Shown: positions 63,407 to 64,000 of the stretch, one piece after another
Numbering within the stretch: the first letter of the stretch is position 1
Layout: each line of letters begins with the position of its first letter
NCBI RefSeq assembly: GCF_037042905.1
Contig: NC_087257.1
Coordinates: forward strand, 5,766,001-5,830,000
Length of the DNA stretch: 64,000 nt
Reading direction: 5' to 3'
From: Lytechinus pictus
Taxonomy: Eukaryota
Program-made: the position numbers and the translations under genes
The notes under the pieces: generated by a model
Seen by the model: the letters and a program-made list of their open reading frames with translations, nothing else
Told to the model about the DNA's origin: nothing
The model's database searches: none

Positions 63407-64000
63407 TCAGTCTGATCCTATAATTGTGGTCATCATCGAAAGTGTTGGTCTTCGTCGGTACACATAAACAGATCCCCTATCACAAAGAACAAGTTCATTA
63501 GGTGACAGACTGGCTAGCTGGAGCCACTCACGCTGCTCGTGCCACTCTAACTGGAGCTCCTCGACAACGGTCTCAAGGTGGTCTCCAGTTGGGGAATACT
63601 TTCTGAGAGTGCATCTCCCATCATTAGTTACCATAGCGACGAAGATGTTGCCCGCTTCGTCGATGCAGGAGAAAGGAGAGCATCCCAAGCGACCGATGAT
63701 GTGTCCCACGGGACGTCCTTCCTGGCTCATGATCTCGACAGCATCTCTAAGACCTATGGTGCATTCGGTGACGGCGATGTGGCCCGACTTCATGATGGAC
63801 ATACACCATGGCTGCAGGACGGTGGCGATGTTCCTCAAGAATCCGCCAGTTGTCTCAAAGACCTCGATGTTGCTGAACTCTGAGTAACCCATATATATCG
63901 TATCCTTGTCGTCGACGCTCACGCAACATGGTTTGTTGGTCTTTTGAGTGAAGAAAAATGAAGACATTTTGTGTCCTGCCTGTGTGATCATGCCTAGTTT
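63407..64000 (-). CDS. C-terminal NHL-like beta-propeller of a probable TRIM-like protein (partial, continues beyond window)
   Basis: Repeats PCCVSVDDKDTIYM...IEVF...GGFL, PWCMSIMKSGHIAVTE and CIDEAGNIFVA...KYSPTGDHL. The frame stays open to the window edge. Confidence 0.7.
   Translation of the reverse strand, partial: KLGMITQAGHKMSSFFFTQKTNKPCCVSVDDKDTIYMGYSEFSNIEVFETTGGFLRNIATVLQPWCMSIMKSGHIAVTECTIGLRDAVEIMSQEGRPVGHIIGRLGCSPFSCIDEAGNIFVAMVTNDGRCTLRKYSPTGDHLETVVEELQLEWHEQREWLQLASLSPNELVLCDRGSVYVYRRRPTLSMMTTIIGSD

Overview
This is AT-rich, repeat-dense animal genomic DNA with spliceosomal introns and two N-gaps (8884-9014, 61297-61577). The gene and repeat content suggests an echinoderm such as a sea urchin; that is an inference. 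Host-type genes: a tandem pair of two-exon P-loop sulfotransferase-like genes; two intronless paralogous class A GPCRs, one with a His/Met/Asp-repeat ectodomain; a frameshifted B-box/coiled-coil/beta-propeller (TRIM/NHL-like) gene; a three-exon i-type lysozyme; and the last exon of another NHL-like gene at the right edge. Mobile content: two CR1/L2-group LINEs, a decayed HERO-like retrotransposon, a seven-exon MULE-SWIM transposase gene with an intact DDE triad, SINEs, a Penelope-like hammerhead fragment and many MITEs with readable TSDs (hAT-, IS3EU-, Kolobok-, Harbinger- and AcademH-like). The most unusual signal is a ~405-bp (TA)n-associated, tandemly inserted element at three loci. It carries an internal 72-nt tRNA cloverleaf with a UCA (opal) anticodon and its own T-run terminator.
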